Source of the DNA: a virus
Direction: 5' to 3' (one strand)
Length of the DNA: 64,000 nucleotides
IMG/VR virus record: IMGVR_UViG_3300050030_000022
Location: 9,182 to 73,181 of that record
A model generated the notes under the pieces. That model did not search any database. It saw only the letters and a list, made by a program, of their open reading frames with translations, and had not been told where the DNA came from. The position numbers were made by a program, and so were the translations under genes. Each line of letters begins with the position of its first letter. Position 1 is the first letter of the stretch. Positions 30,001 to 38,138 of this stretch are shown here, piece by piece.

Positions 30001-31089
30001 CTGACCTGCGATCTTTTCACCCATATTAGTATACACCATTGGCATTGTAGCGGTCTGCACTGCACCTTTGGCTACCAATCCTGGCATTTCACGGCCAACC
30101 TGTGCCAGTTTAGGCATAAATTGTTTGATTTCTCCCAAATTCTTTCCCACTATGCCTAACATAGAGTTCATTCCCTCTTTAGCAATCGTTCCCGCGCCAT
30201 TGGTTGCAGCAAACTGAACCATATAAGGTATCTGCATGGTAATTTGCTGACCGATGTTGTATGGTAGGCTACCCGGTTGACTTAATATCGTTTGATAAAT
30301 GCCGTAACAGGCTAATAATGCCTGTTCTTTATCGTTCAACTGTTCACCTTTGCCCGCCTTCTGAGCCACACCCGCCACATCAAACTGGCGGTTCATTTCG
30401 GTAAGACCCATAGTGAAGAAGTCTTTAGCCAACGGCGACAATAATCCTTTAGTGAATTGCTGAAAGACATTGGGTGTGTTTAATTCGGTACGTTTCTCTG
30501 CAATTTTCAGCCAATCTTTTGCATCGGTCAGGTATTGTTTTTCCCGTAATAAATTATCGTAATCGGGGTTGTGCAGTTCGGGGTCATAATTGGTTTCACT
30601 GACCTTCCCGGCGCTATATCCGCCCGTTAATGGTGGTGCGGGCGGTTGCGATACAACATTCAACTTCTGCGTGACATCATTGATCATGGTGTCGAGGAGT
30701 TGGTTATCATTGGTAAAATCATATTGAATGCCCTGTGGGGTAGGCACTCCCTTATTTAACATGGACAACCCTAAAAATGGGATATTACCGGGTATTCCTC
30801 CCGATTCTGCAATTTCCCGCATTCTTTCTGATGGTTTTTTTCGCTCAGTAGGTAGTGCGGCTGTGGGGATGTAAGACTGAACGCTTTTATAGAACGTATC
30901 AAAGTCCCCTATTTCTGCTTGGCTGAACTTGTATTTGCCCGTCAGGTCGTTGTATAAATACTGTGCCTTTGTGGGGTCGGTAATGTTGGTGCGGAATATG
31001 TCATACGTCCCCAACTGGCTCTGGCCTATCCGGTTCGATCCTAAGATGTTGTTATACAACTGTAATAATAAATCTGGTCTATCAGGCAT
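21064..31089 (-). CDS. Giant polyvalent virion/ejection protein (GNAT, zincin metallopeptidase, JAB/RadC, LPD38-like C-terminus)
   Basis: RQKGQA acetyl-CoA motif (~27230), HEIVAH (~25231-25248), HNHPSG..S.AD (~24361-24378); likely start ATG 31089. Confidence 0.8.
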   Translation of the reverse strand: MPDRPDLLLQLYNNILGSNRIGQSQLGTYDIFRTNITDPTKAQYLYNDLTGKYKFSQAEIGDFDTFYKSVQSYIPTAALPTERKKPSERMREIAESGGIPGNIPFLGLSMLNKGVPTPQGIQYDFTNDNQLLDTMINDVTQKLNVVSQPPAPPLTGGYSAGKVSETNYDPELHNPDYDNLLREKQYLTDAKDWLKIAEKRTELNTPNVFQQFTKGLLSPLAKDFFTMGLTEMNRQFDVAGVAQKAGKGEQLNDKEQALLACYGIYQTILSQPGSLPYNIGQQITMQIPYMVQFAATNGAGTIAKEGMNSMLGIVGKNLGEIKQFMPKLAQVGREMPGLVAKGAVQTATMPMVYTNMGEKIAGQVDPEGNIISQSSLPVGMMKGLANSFPDILTESMGTHIIASIPRIGTLLGKKAAQGVSRWLTPVQKFKGAAMFGSFPEEFSEEMMSNVITPMIDPDTKASDVWTGQNILTTTITLAAVGGGFYASNVAYKSLDEQILRNKYLSDLPKETKSSVIDALKQDKPADVSSSLSDILHKSGVTDQQGLNIITYAWNNAMRRGMGESLLSTLAEQEKQKADEPLKPQAVENLKAQGVPEEKIAEVLNTPESILSPGQQKIKAQFDQELGRVRIDKDEQLAAADQVKAQYAPFTYKDNEHLVQIVDREGNHWWVKDGDVTINPEDGTWKLGKKPLIVVPDGGGEAMMIPFDDVVGVRATSLSELGGVSASNVAQRQQQNKIGEQILQKLDEVQNPPETTLRMGESITYNGRQADIIETGKDFVKAIYEDGTQVTIPESEFGSVEKTTPEQAGEVTAPNVPPVAQNAPENVQPTAQKTVLKANLNGKDVPVPFTALPDGSLQSNPSFAKESEANKVAKALGDKYSQSEFTPVNTADPSDALAENNFVIVSRPKPAEKPTGLPAKGAEFVINGDETNTTFRIDNKGKVQAFLDGAWSDSGASDMILATAKGSGFTLKSKQNEQVKEKASPEAGKESAATQEVQPQEGEVITKPQEEIQHDQENIEGLPGGEPQGEAVEQGRPELRGGTGQVTGSGDVQTHEEKVNEPPIAPDQAEVVPQAEVPETGIPASEQPPDLQPISETNPQPELQQESQHELQPWEMTREKFVGEGYTFDQTDRSLNMELNKWQKIKNEADKEKYNIPAFDKAIAGVNRKIELSKQHRESITQALSEGKPVPENVLADYPDLRVNPEKPTTNLKPQPEKPKGVESGVESKPYDRFAKDLGLTEPVDVIGGDAKTGKIGDATIVVAQHTPEAVTLESIKVPLKQRQKGQANAAMRDITDKADELGITLKLKAVPEVSSDMTAQQLRDWYRKYDFLFVGNTGERLPKEGGMSEKPTPVSVSPQKGGGIEIKQKPPDEFVGNALKPKSKPKEFVGEVLKPKPTTPEDRLTDLGSQISKVKQEIDYLKKQRKNKGIPTEREADLKKDLAKLRDQYRKLDFSIPIKENPDAPPMPTGENLNEWIGWVRLYSTNPQDIHIAWQQEREHNIPYDKLHDWQLATLETRTTIKSFTDHNDKNNITQGLIKRFTDKNGTPLDRIAAEKFEDGIDVTPGEVAQFMVDVVNNSDIIRKTTDDQLDLAYRFKKLTGYSINKYREWNEKNVGQINISDELGAEIANFTDISIIDNPDYLASFKDDAISEGWMTDQDYIDIQDYLNNKGYEETISYSRGTEETLEGVAEHPGEGKRVEGKPEATARQREIARIKADYTRQIKDLKETLVSDSQLRNRQNEAVRAANKKISLFGQAGSLGEKDMFVGEGAFGTNETTIRKNIADQVKAYNKQVNETIAQLEKDMRSEVALAEKQIEMPMDVQEKPPSEPNILQSTQSEDILPDQSVNVENPLFKKYDYIGDMYSELTTGSKEFETTVRQMASDISKETGVKVNIVKSKNNLDDRTRAAIEKAGNKTDGFYDLDSKEVTLILNNITSSDRAATVLLHEIVAHHGLRALFEHNVKGFNKLMDQVYDSMTEEEKRYMAKRYPRPKTGISYKQLLADEYVAQKAQGGVKPTWWGRFIAGLRNLLRQAFGKFVKWTDNDINDLLRRSRENLRETAPETEFVGDILGEKAALRRDGLLAEGEYLRMSAETAGATPENILMEQNEAERAYGSIQAKDEAIRKLVQEVNEQYADKSKTSGDKIKPRTVIDTFAEQGYVDFTGLKINNPQDVAELWSIHRSPYIEKAHVVFLKDGDIVGTAAYTLNKPGSTQFPESPEIRDLAIGFGANQFYLVHNHPSGNHNASAADIFVTGRIVQNLMNGETWGKEPVEMLGHVVIDHEKFTFISPERALDYYNQYKSNISFRGIANEQIDNYSQSNEYKNAKPRLFTEREALGSNNGRNAQTRMVEIGKALLTDKGYHAAIIYLSPNLNINAYDVPPENLDLQGVINYGMERVKDEKLGHNLIILHDGIFGEDMGESVTVPDYVLDIINTKTETSHALNQVKMGGNERQQLWEVQYPYDKPNILMSQETEPDMEGKPRKMKDIYSEVRDTWFGNRDVAKAKANVEAFNTQTEIQKIFTTEKPKWAKTWQDIDRAIQIHIDTQAHPEHIQQYWNDLTPRQQALVTASEELTPSMKAIADRIGAEYTKMGQLALDNMVIANVLENYVNRIWDISGQAGHDAWKKFSLTTRHSKKRVFGTIIEGMAKGYNLKVEGASNSLEILKNEIHNVIENRNLINSGKQVKDEDGNPLFATQQLPGYKMVEHPSFKIWGYDGKLKHKKEANSQYNDEVDYKFDESTGKFKDIEYHNRDIFITENGTVMRRKQVYAPAPVAKNLNDILSTSWFREQPAAKQLIFINALLKRNVLSWSFFHHLAFTRAYLLGSALHQFSDLNIRKSYKAGLDAYFHMTPDVESLIRAGMTIGRMQDWEEDLLRSKTLVDGWLDQLKVTKDVRDKIHKLHEAHTDFLFKRYGAGLKVKFALLELAKQRKLNPKLDDKVILGMIARIANDNFGGLHYERMGISKTWLDFNGLWLLARDWTLSNVRLMVKAIHSGSKAETRMYRRYWLRAISRVAFLSVGLNLMMAVFNDPDDQETYLETLTHQYKDAFDKPGQLNWLSMDVTPVNRLMGGEEVDQQGNEVRKYFNIAGHFKDPYKWTEQAVTGSWTTPIKNKGSIFARTVFDLMEGNNWQGKRYTTLAEVLGYDDKGVYMSTNEKLGYRVGEPKGGKLKGKLTKWPPPNETGGVNSDEMLSFILANGRDWLPIPLQNSVAFAMGETSAFDMVTHGVGFHVNTNRIKGYDIEAEYKKVYDAATLSQRMYHDAMNHNEFDKAEAISKTPEFEKSLMVIDFTHSAKKVPGDIVWDLQNKMKDALDMGDNKTYDELNTQRKAIMQMIVDDYNK

Positions 31090-31100
31090 AATGTTTATTA

Positions 31101-32435
31101 TTAGCGTTGATACCACGGAACATCTGATTCCTCTTTCTGTTCGCCTGAAGTCGTATTAGCGTTCTGTTGATCGGATGTTTTAGGCAGAAAAGATGGGTTA
31201 GTTAAATCGGTCATAACCTCCGGCAATGCCTCCCATGATTGGAACTTCCCGGTTGCGTCATAAATAGGCTTGTAATATTTCTGATACTCCGAAGCGATCA
31301 TTCCATCCACAATCTGCTTTGATTGTTCATAATTTGCACCAACCAAATCTTTCATCCTTTTAGAGATTTCAGCCGTTGGATGGTTCATAATCTTTTGGTA
31401 CACATCAAAATAGAGTTCCTTTGGAATCGTCAACGTGGCATGGGTCTGCTGATCCACTACCGGCACGTTATCCCCGGCTAACTTAAACTGATCGGTCACA
31501 ACCTTATCTGCTGCCCTTGCGTTTTCAGCACCAATCCTCTTACCCAACAAATCCAGGTCGTACCCGTATTTCTTTTTCATCTTTTCCAAGTCGTTCGCCT
31601 GTTTATCCTTCATTGTTTCATCGCCCAATTCATGCTTTGCACCCATTAAGGCAGCATTGTAACCGGCTTTATTCTTCTGCAATTCCTCAGCATTGGTAGC
31701 CCTTTGGTTCATCATCGCCAATGTATCGTTGTACTTTCGCTGATATTGCTCGTCCCCATACGCATACTTAAAGGCATTTTGCATCGTATTGGTCTTCATC
31801 AGGTCGTAACGGTCTTTCCTCTGTTGGTACTCGTCATGTTCCTTTTCGTACTGCGCCAAGAGTTGCTGGGTCGTCACATTGGGTTCGGGATTAATTGGAG
31901 AGCCGTGTTTTGCCCCGTAATGATAATCAACAACCTGCCTTATCATCTGTCCTAAAGCGTTGATGGCAGCTACCGTGGCGAGTTGGTTGCGCTTTTTCTT
32001 ATCCAGTTCCGGTTCGGCGGGCAGGGTGTTCTTAAAGATTTTCATATATTCCTCATAACCTGTGGGTAGGGAGGATTGTGTACTTGGCTGAGCGGCAGGT
32101 GGTGGAGTAGCGTTACTTTTGTTTTGTTTTGCAGCCTCAGTGAAGGTGGTGTAAGGTGGTATTTTCCCTGCTTTGACCGCTAAATCTCCCGGCGATCCCT
32201 TCAGATAGCCGGCGTTTAAATCATAATCATTGGATGTGGCTACTGGTTGCGTGGGGTCTAATGGTGCTGCTGCCGGGTTATTAACCAACTCAGACACATA
32301 ACGGGGGTCGTAGTTCTGCGCCGATGGGTCGCCCGGTCGCTGGTACTGAGCCAATATCTGCCCGACTATATCGGGTTGCTCAAGTTTTTTCTGTGCCATA
32401 TTGAGCCAAAAGTTCGGGTCTATTATTGGTGTCAT
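31101..32435 (-). CDS. Internal virion / ejection protein
   Basis: Helical Q/K/A-rich protein in ejection-protein block. Confidence 0.6.
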   Translation of the reverse strand: MTPIIDPNFWLNMAQKKLEQPDIVGQILAQYQRPGDPSAQNYDPRYVSELVNNPAAAPLDPTQPVATSNDYDLNAGYLKGSPGDLAVKAGKIPPYTTFTEAAKQNKSNATPPPAAQPSTQSSLPTGYEEYMKIFKNTLPAEPELDKKKRNQLATVAAINALGQMIRQVVDYHYGAKHGSPINPEPNVTTQQLLAQYEKEHDEYQQRKDRYDLMKTNTMQNAFKYAYGDEQYQRKYNDTLAMMNQRATNAEELQKNKAGYNAALMGAKHELGDETMKDKQANDLEKMKKKYGYDLDLLGKRIGAENARAADKVVTDQFKLAGDNVPVVDQQTHATLTIPKELYFDVYQKIMNHPTAEISKRMKDLVGANYEQSKQIVDGMIASEYQKYYKPIYDATGKFQSWEALPEVMTDLTNPSFLPKTSDQQNANTTSGEQKEESDVPWYQR

Positions 32436-32437
32436 GG

Positions 32438-33370
32438 TTACTTGTTTTTCAATTTGTAAACCTCATCATATATGCGTTGTATTTCGGGCGTGTTTTTAAA
32501 TTCGTTGGCCAAAGATGTGATTACCTTACCATAAACAGGATTAGTCATTACATCCAGTGGATTATCCTGAGTCACCGGAATACCATAAAAGGCGTTGACT
32601 ATACCCCCGTGATAGCCCTGCTCTGTTGTGGGATAAAGCGGTTGAGTTCCATTGTAAGCCTGCAATCGGTAAAGATTATCCTGTTCGGCAGGCCAATCGG
32701 TGTAACCACGACCCCGTTTCCACCTGTCTTTATACTCTGCGTTTGATTTCACCAATGATTGAGCCAAGCGTTCATACCCATTCATCCAGGGGTCTTCGAT
32801 ATTTAAAACATGCCCGATATTCCCGACACGTGCCGCATCAGGATTGTTTGCCTCTATGCGCAATTTGCCCGATTCGTCCCGGCTTGCCTTTCCTAACCGG
32901 GTTTCCTGCATCGCTATCGCAAGAAGCTCATAAGGATCGACATTGTATTGTTTTGAATACTGAATAATCTTTCGGATTACGTTGGGGTCATACTCTCCGG
33001 TATACAAATCACTGTTAGGGTTTATTGGCAATCCACTGCCCGGGTTCTGAGTCCGCCTATCGGTTAATCTGATTAAACTGTTTTGATAATCCCTCATTCT
33101 TTGCTGTTGGTTTGCGGCCTCGGCGCGATAACTGTCGTTGTTTCTAATATCATTGAATCTATCGGCGAGCGATTGGGGCGCTGGTGGTGGAACCTGTAAT
33201 GCAACGGGCGATGTAGGTAACTGGGTATGGGGTTTAAACACATCGGAAAGATTTGCCAAAGTAGTAAACCCCCGCTTTTTGGGCTTATCCTGCGGCATCA
33301 GCCCGGTAATATTCGGGTATTCCTTCTTCGGTGGCTTAGTGTCGAATATCCACGTTGGATCGTAGTACAT
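32438..33370 (-). CDS. Virion-associated lytic transglycosylase (SLT-like)
   Basis: YNVDPYELLAIAMQETRLG catalytic Glu motif and AYNG motif. Confidence 0.7.
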   Translation of the reverse strand: MYYDPTWIFDTKPPKKEYPNITGLMPQDKPKKRGFTTLANLSDVFKPHTQLPTSPVALQVPPPAPQSLADRFNDIRNNDSYRAEAANQQQRMRDYQNSLIRLTDRRTQNPGSGLPINPNSDLYTGEYDPNVIRKIIQYSKQYNVDPYELLAIAMQETRLGKASRDESGKLRIEANNPDAARVGNIGHVLNIEDPWMNGYERLAQSLVKSNAEYKDRWKRGRGYTDWPAEQDNLYRLQAYNGTQPLYPTTEQGYHGGIVNAFYGIPVTQDNPLDVMTNPVYGKVITSLANEFKNTPEIQRIYDEVYKLKNK

Positions 33371-33386
33371 CGGTTATGGTTTAAAA

Positions 33387-34121
33387 TTAATACACCCCTA
33401 CACCCTGCCCCCAACTTGGGTTGCCACTGATGTAAGCCCCGCCCGTATCACCTGCCCCACCATAACCCGAAAACCCCATCCCCTGTTGCCGTTTCTTCAA
33501 TAAATCCTCCCAGTCAATCATCCCTGCGGCGGTGCTGACTGCATTGCCCGCATTGGAGACGTTCTGATTATAGTTTGCCCAGTCCCCGATCTTCTGTTGA
33601 CTGAGTTGATCCATCGGTGCGTATAGTGATTGTAAGCGGTAGTCGTATTGATCTCTTAAACCCTGTTTGTACTGTGTGCCATAACCTAACAATCGGGCGA
33701 TAGCATCAGAAAAGTTCTCGTTTAGTTTCCCTTTGGCCGCGATGTTGGCTTCCTGAGTGGCTCCACCGGCGACACTGGCGTTATTCAGTGCGTTTATCTG
33801 TCTGTCCTGCTGACCCAGAAGCCCCGATACGGCAGATTGCGCCACGTCTGTCTGTAAAAAATCCTTGTTGTTTTCGCCATTAAACCAACTATTCAGATCA
33901 TCAATCCTACCCTGGAGTTGGTTTTGGTAACGCTTTCTCTCTATCCCGGCCCGTTGATTACCGGCTGCCTGTAAACCCTGTTGGGCAATCATGGAGGCAA
34001 GAGCCACAATCAAACTGATAAATTCGCAACTTTGCAGTTGTTTGCCGGGTATCTGGACGGATGGAATGAATGCAAGTGCAATAAGAACCAAAAGTGCGGT
34101 GAAAATCAAAGTCTTTCGCAT
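33387..34121 (-). CDS. DNA pilot / ejection protein with extra hydrophobic leader
   Basis: Amphipathic G/A/Q-rich, ASVAGGATQEA motif; first gene of ejection operon. Confidence 0.6.
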   Translation of the reverse strand: MRKTLIFTALLVLIALAFIPSVQIPGKQLQSCEFISLIVALASMIAQQGLQAAGNQRAGIERKRYQNQLQGRIDDLNSWFNGENNKDFLQTDVAQSAVSGLLGQQDRQINALNNASVAGGATQEANIAAKGKLNENFSDAIARLLGYGTQYKQGLRDQYDYRLQSLYAPMDQLSQQKIGDWANYNQNVSNAGNAVSTAAGMIDWEDLLKKRQQGMGFSGYGGAGDTGGAYISGNPSWGQGVGVY

Positions 34122-34141
34122 GGCTTTAGGAATTAAACCGC

Positions 34142-34179
34142 CAAAGTTCGCTGTTATTTGATGAGGTTTAAGCGATAAA
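34142..34179 (-). promoter_or_regulatory. Class B promoter TTTATCGC-N22-GAACTTTG for ejection/portal operon
   Basis: Same spacing as 4423-4460. Confidence 0.5.
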
Positions 34180-34211
34180 TTGGCAGAATAATACTAAAAA
34201 TCTATACAAAG

Positions 34212-34244
34212 TTGTGAAAGGGTGTGCAAAATGATGTAAATTTG
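34212..34244 (+). promoter_or_regulatory. Class A promoter TTG-N9-GTGCA-N8-TAAATTTG
   Basis: Divergent intergenic region. Confidence 0.7.
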
Positions 34245-34266
34245 GACAGTCAAATACTGTAAAATT

Positions 34267-34512
34267 ATGACAAAGAAGGATAAAAAACCCACACCGACCG
34301 TTGCAAAATTGGCAAGAAAGATTATGGACATTCAAGCAAAATCCACACTTCCGGTATTAATAATGCTGGGTAATGAGGATGGTAACTACCTGTTTGCCGG
34401 TGGTGGTAAAAATAGTGATATTATTAAAATGCTTACGCGAATGCTTGATGATCCTGATTATACCAGGCTATTGAAGGAGGCCGCACTGATGTCACTTAAA
34501 AAATCTTTATGA
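34267..34512 (+). CDS. Hypothetical phage protein
   Basis: First ORF after class A promoter. Confidence 0.6.
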   Translation: MTKKDKKPTPTVAKLARKIMDIQAKSTLPVLIMLGNEDGNYLFAGGGKNSDIIKMLTRMLDDPDYTRLLKEAALMSLKKSL

Positions 34513-34709
34513 TCCACTACCCCAGCGAAACGGAAGCTCGCCAAGCGGTCGCCAGAGTGATGAAGCAATACCCGGAAGCCTGGATTGACGAAATCCACGT
34601 GGACAAACGGGAACACCGGACGTGGTATATCTTTATCACCGCACCCACCGAAAGGCATCAGGTGCTACTCAGGTGTACGTGGAGTAGTCCAATAATCAAA
34701 TTCAAATGA
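34509..34709 (+). CDS. Hypothetical phage protein
   Basis: ATGA-coupled ORF. Confidence 0.5.
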   Translation: MIHYPSETEARQAVARVMKQYPEAWIDEIHVDKREHRTWYIFITAPTERHQVLLRCTWSSPIIKFK

Positions 34710-34814
34710 TATGGATAAACAACGATTGGGTAAAATAGGATGTTATGCGATTGTGTTATTATGTGTGGCATTGCCAATATGGTTATTTTTTATCTTCTTA
34801 ATTATAAAATATTT

Positions 34815-35018
34815 ATGAAAGCAAAAATCAAAACAACCGAAGAACCCAAAACTTTCAAACCGTTCACCATTGAAATCACGTGCGAAACCATATGGGACGC
34901 ACGTAATATACGGGAGGCAATAAGACAAACGGAGTATACGCCTGAGTTGGGGAAACTCCTTTCGGATATTGACAATTGGATTAAATCTCAAGGATTTGAG
35001 ATTTCGCCATGTCCCTAA
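34815..35018 (+). CDS. Hypothetical phage protein
   Basis: FKPFTIEITCET motif recalled from phage small proteins. Confidence 0.55.
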   Translation: MKAKIKTTEEPKTFKPFTIEITCETIWDARNIREAIRQTEYTPELGKLLSDIDNWIKSQGFEISPCP

Positions 35019-35139
35019 TCTACCTACTCATCATCAGTCAGGTTCGCTATTGGGACGACCACCGGCGACTCAAGTGGAGCGTGTTGGCGATACCCATTGC
35101 GCTCTTTATTGATGTACCGTTGATACAAATGCTGATAAA

Positions 35140-35307
35140 ATGATCGGAATAAAGTACATTTGGTTTTTATTTATGATAACACTGCTGTCATCTTGCGCCC
35201 CCATCCCGGTTGAATCTTACCAGGATTACCACCCGGATGGTGCGGTATACACACAATGCGACACGGTGATCAACGGCGACACGCTTTATTATTGGGTGAA
35301 GGAATAA
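35140..35307 (+). CDS. 55-aa lipoprotein (absent from ORF track)
   Basis: MIGIKYIWFLFMITLLSS-CAPIPV...CDTVINGDTLYYWVKE. Confidence 0.6.
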   Translation: MIGIKYIWFLFMITLLSSCAPIPVESYQDYHPDGAVYTQCDTVINGDTLYYWVKE

Positions 35308-35335
35308 TATTAACTTTGCGTCCAAATATTTAACT

Positions 35336-35863
35336 ATGCCAGGTGGAGCAAACCTAAAAGTTTACGATGATTTGTTTAAGTACGAGGTTATTCGTACTTA
35401 CGTTGATCTCAAACACAGCGTTAATCAAGCCGCGCAGAAACATGGCGTCCCCGTCCCCACATTGAACACATGGTTGGCTAAAGGTTGGGCTAAAGCGTAT
35501 GTGAGGGACTATGAACTTAAAATACGTGATGTCAAAAGCCAATCGGCTATTCAAACCATAGAAGAGGCAAAGATTGAATCCTTAGTATTAGATTATAACT
35601 ATAATATTAATTCTAATACTATTCTCTCTATGATAGAGGATCGTGCAATAGAGATTATACCCAAATGCAAATCCCTCCGTGAACTATCCGCCATGTACAA
35701 AGTAGTGTCCGATGTTAAGCTGAAGTTACTTGGCATAAAGGAAAGCCCTGACGGCAAGCAAATGAGCGACAAAGCCACAATGATCTTAAATATAATCGAC
35801 AAACAACTCACCGTAACCCCAGAGATGATCAAAAAGTATTTCCCAATGCGATACAAAGAATGA
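35336..35863 (+). CDS. HTH protein, candidate terminase small subunit
   Basis: SVNQAAQKHGVPVPTLNTW HTH followed by helical region; preceded by TAACTTTG. Confidence 0.5.
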   Translation: MPGGANLKVYDDLFKYEVIRTYVDLKHSVNQAAQKHGVPVPTLNTWLAKGWAKAYVRDYELKIRDVKSQSAIQTIEEAKIESLVLDYNYNINSNTILSMIEDRAIEIIPKCKSLRELSAMYKVVSDVKLKLLGIKESPDGKQMSDKATMILNIIDKQLTVTPEMIKKYFPMRYKE

Positions 35864-35880
35864 TTCTAAATTATTGCCAT

Positions 35881-35913
35881 TTGTAAAAGGATGTGCAGAT
35901 CGGGTTAATTTTG
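35881..35913 (+). promoter_or_regulatory. Class A promoter TTG-N9-GTGCA-N8-TAATTTTG for replication operon
   Basis: Intergenic upstream of initiator gene. Confidence 0.7.
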
Positions 35914-36037
35914 CGGTACTGAAATATGATGAAATGCAAAAGACATTAAGATATAACCCTTTAATTGAATTTCCGGGAGTGGGCATCATCACCCTTCAGT
36001 CTCCCGGATTTTCTTTTAAGGGGTTTGATTTTATATT

Positions 36038-36721
36038 ATGAAAGACCCCGCATTTTTATATTATGATGGCGATGCCGCTAAAGATGTTTCTCATATGAAC
36101 AGGCTCGAAAGGGGATGTTATTTTGACCTTATTCAAGCCCAACGCAAATTCCGTGGTTTTACCGTGGAACAAGCCCGGAAAATACTTGGTAAAGACTTTA
36201 GTGAATGTTGGGATGCTATTACTTTGATTTTGGAATGTGAAAATGATGTTTATTTTATTCCCTGGGTTCGTGAATCTTTATTAAAACGTGCTGAATTTAA
36301 AGAGATACAGAGGGAAAGAATCCAAAATTACTGGGATAAAAAAAATAATCCTGAATTAAACCGTGGTAATTCCACGGATATACCTTCTGAAAATGAAATT
36401 GTAAATGAATATTCTTTATTAGATTATAATACTATAACTAATATATTACTAAAAGAAGAGAGTTGGATTTCTGTAATTTGTATGAATTATAAATTAAACG
36501 AAAAACAAGTCGCAAATTATCTGAATCGCTATATAAATGATCAGCGAGTATCAAAACCCGGCAATCGTACTTTGGTTGATGTTCGCAATCATTTCAATAA
36601 CTGGTTGCGGATAAAGCAGGAGAATGCGGTTACTCGACCGCCATTAAAACAAATCACAGAAGAAAGCATTAAACGCGAGCGTGAAGAACGCCTGAAAAAC
36701 TGGAAACCACTTGAAGAATAA
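36038..36721 (+). CDS. Phage replication initiator / replisome organiser
   Basis: KDPAFLYY..D...ERGCYFDL N-terminus, HFNNWL C-terminal domain; upstream of DnaB. Confidence 0.75.
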   Translation: MKDPAFLYYDGDAAKDVSHMNRLERGCYFDLIQAQRKFRGFTVEQARKILGKDFSECWDAITLILECENDVYFIPWVRESLLKRAEFKEIQRERIQNYWDKKNNPELNRGNSTDIPSENEIVNEYSLLDYNTITNILLKEESWISVICMNYKLNEKQVANYLNRYINDQRVSKPGNRTLVDVRNHFNNWLRIKQENAVTRPPLKQITEESIKREREERLKNWKPLEE

Positions 36722-38138
36722 CTCGCCATCGGAATTAGGCAAGATTCAACCGCAGGCCGTGGAGTTGGAAGAGGCGGTATTGGGCGCTATTATGCTCGAA
36801 CCTGCGGCTTTGGCGTTGGCGTTGGTGTCCATCCAATCTGAGACCATCTTTTATAAAACTAACCATCAGGTTATCTTTAAAGCCATACTGGGGTTGTACG
36901 CCGAGAATAAGCCCGTGGATATAATGACCGTCACGGAAAGGTTAAAGATTAACGGCGACCTGGAACTGGCCGGTGGTGGCTATGGTGTGACCCAACTTAC
37001 CAATAGGGTAGCATCTTCGGCTAATATTGAATATCACATAGCCATCATTAAACAAAAATGGCTGCGCCGGGAGATGATCCGGCTGAGTAGTACATTGATA
37101 AAGCAATCCTTTGAGGATGATGAGGATGTGTTTGACGCAATAGATTCCCACATGTTGGGATTAATGGGGCTGTATAACACAATTAATATTACCTCTGCCG
37201 AACAGGTGGGAACAATAGCCCAACGCAACGCCGTCATTATTAAAAACACAAACCAGTCTGACTTCATAGGTCTGGCGAGTGGGTATAGATTGATAGATGC
37301 AGTCACAAATGGATTTCAGAATGGCGATCTGATTATTGTAGCTGGTCGTCCGGGGATGGGTAAAACCGCTTTTGGAATATCTATGATTTATCATATGGCG
37401 GTCACTTCGGGTATTCCGGTAGGGTTTATAAGTCTGGAGATGACTAAATTCCAGGTGGTGTTGCGCCTGCAATCCATTATGATCAACCTACCCTACCAGG
37501 ATTTAAGAAGCGGGGCGTTGAGTGAATCTCAGCAGGTTTTATTGGATGCGGATGTGCAGAAGCTATTAAAGACGAGGGCTTTCGTGGATGACACACCCTC
37601 GCTTACCATCATTCAGCTTCGGGCAAAGGCAATAGATATGGTCAGGTCTCATCAGGTTAAAATGATTATGGTGGACTACCTGCAACTTATGTCCGGGGTC
37701 AAGAAAGGACAGAACCGTGAGCAGGAAGTCAGTGAAATATCCCGTGGACTAAAGGCATTGGCTAAAGAGTTAGACATCCCCATTATTGCTTTCTCTCAAT
37801 TATCCAGGAAGGTGGAGGACAGGGGCAATGATAAAAAACCCATTTTGAGCGACCTACGTGAATCCGGTGCAATCGAACAGGATGCGGACATGGTTATCTT
37901 TTTATACCGGCCTGAGTATTACGGGAAAACCCAGGACGAGCAGGGCAATACTTATGAGAACGTGGGTATTGCTTTGATAGAAAAGCACCGGAACGGATCA
38001 ACGGGTGAATTTCGCCTTACTTTTGACAAGAGAACCATGTTTTATAAGAACTATAATTGGGATGATGGGGTTGTAGTACAAAAACAAACCCCACCGTATA
38101 AACAATTTAAAGACGAGGACGATGAAATGCCATTTTGA
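36711..38138 (+). CDS. dnaB: Replicative DNA helicase
   Basis: PQAVELEEAVLG, GRPGMGKT, VDYLQL, SQLSR, LRESGAIEQDAD, KHRNG. Confidence 0.97.
   Translation: MKNNSPSELGKIQPQAVELEEAVLGAIMLEPAALALALVSIQSETIFYKTNHQVIFKAILGLYAENKPVDIMTVTERLKINGDLELAGGGYGVTQLTNRVASSANIEYHIAIIKQKWLRREMIRLSSTLIKQSFEDDEDVFDAIDSHMLGLMGLYNTINITSAEQVGTIAQRNAVIIKNTNQSDFIGLASGYRLIDAVTNGFQNGDLIIVAGRPGMGKTAFGISMIYHMAVTSGIPVGFISLEMTKFQVVLRLQSIMINLPYQDLRSGALSESQQVLLDADVQKLLKTRAFVDDTPSLTIIQLRAKAIDMVRSHQVKMIMVDYLQLMSGVKKGQNREQEVSEISRGLKALAKELDIPIIAFSQLSRKVEDRGNDKKPILSDLRESGAIEQDADMVIFLYRPEYYGKTQDEQGNTYENVGIALIEKHRNGSTGEFRLTFDKRTMFYKNYNWDDGVVVQKQTPPYKQFKDEDDEMPF

Noticed and set aside
38110-38138. SSB-like EDDEMPF tail on DnaB
   Set aside because: Acidic PF tails are common on Bacteroidota DnaB proteins
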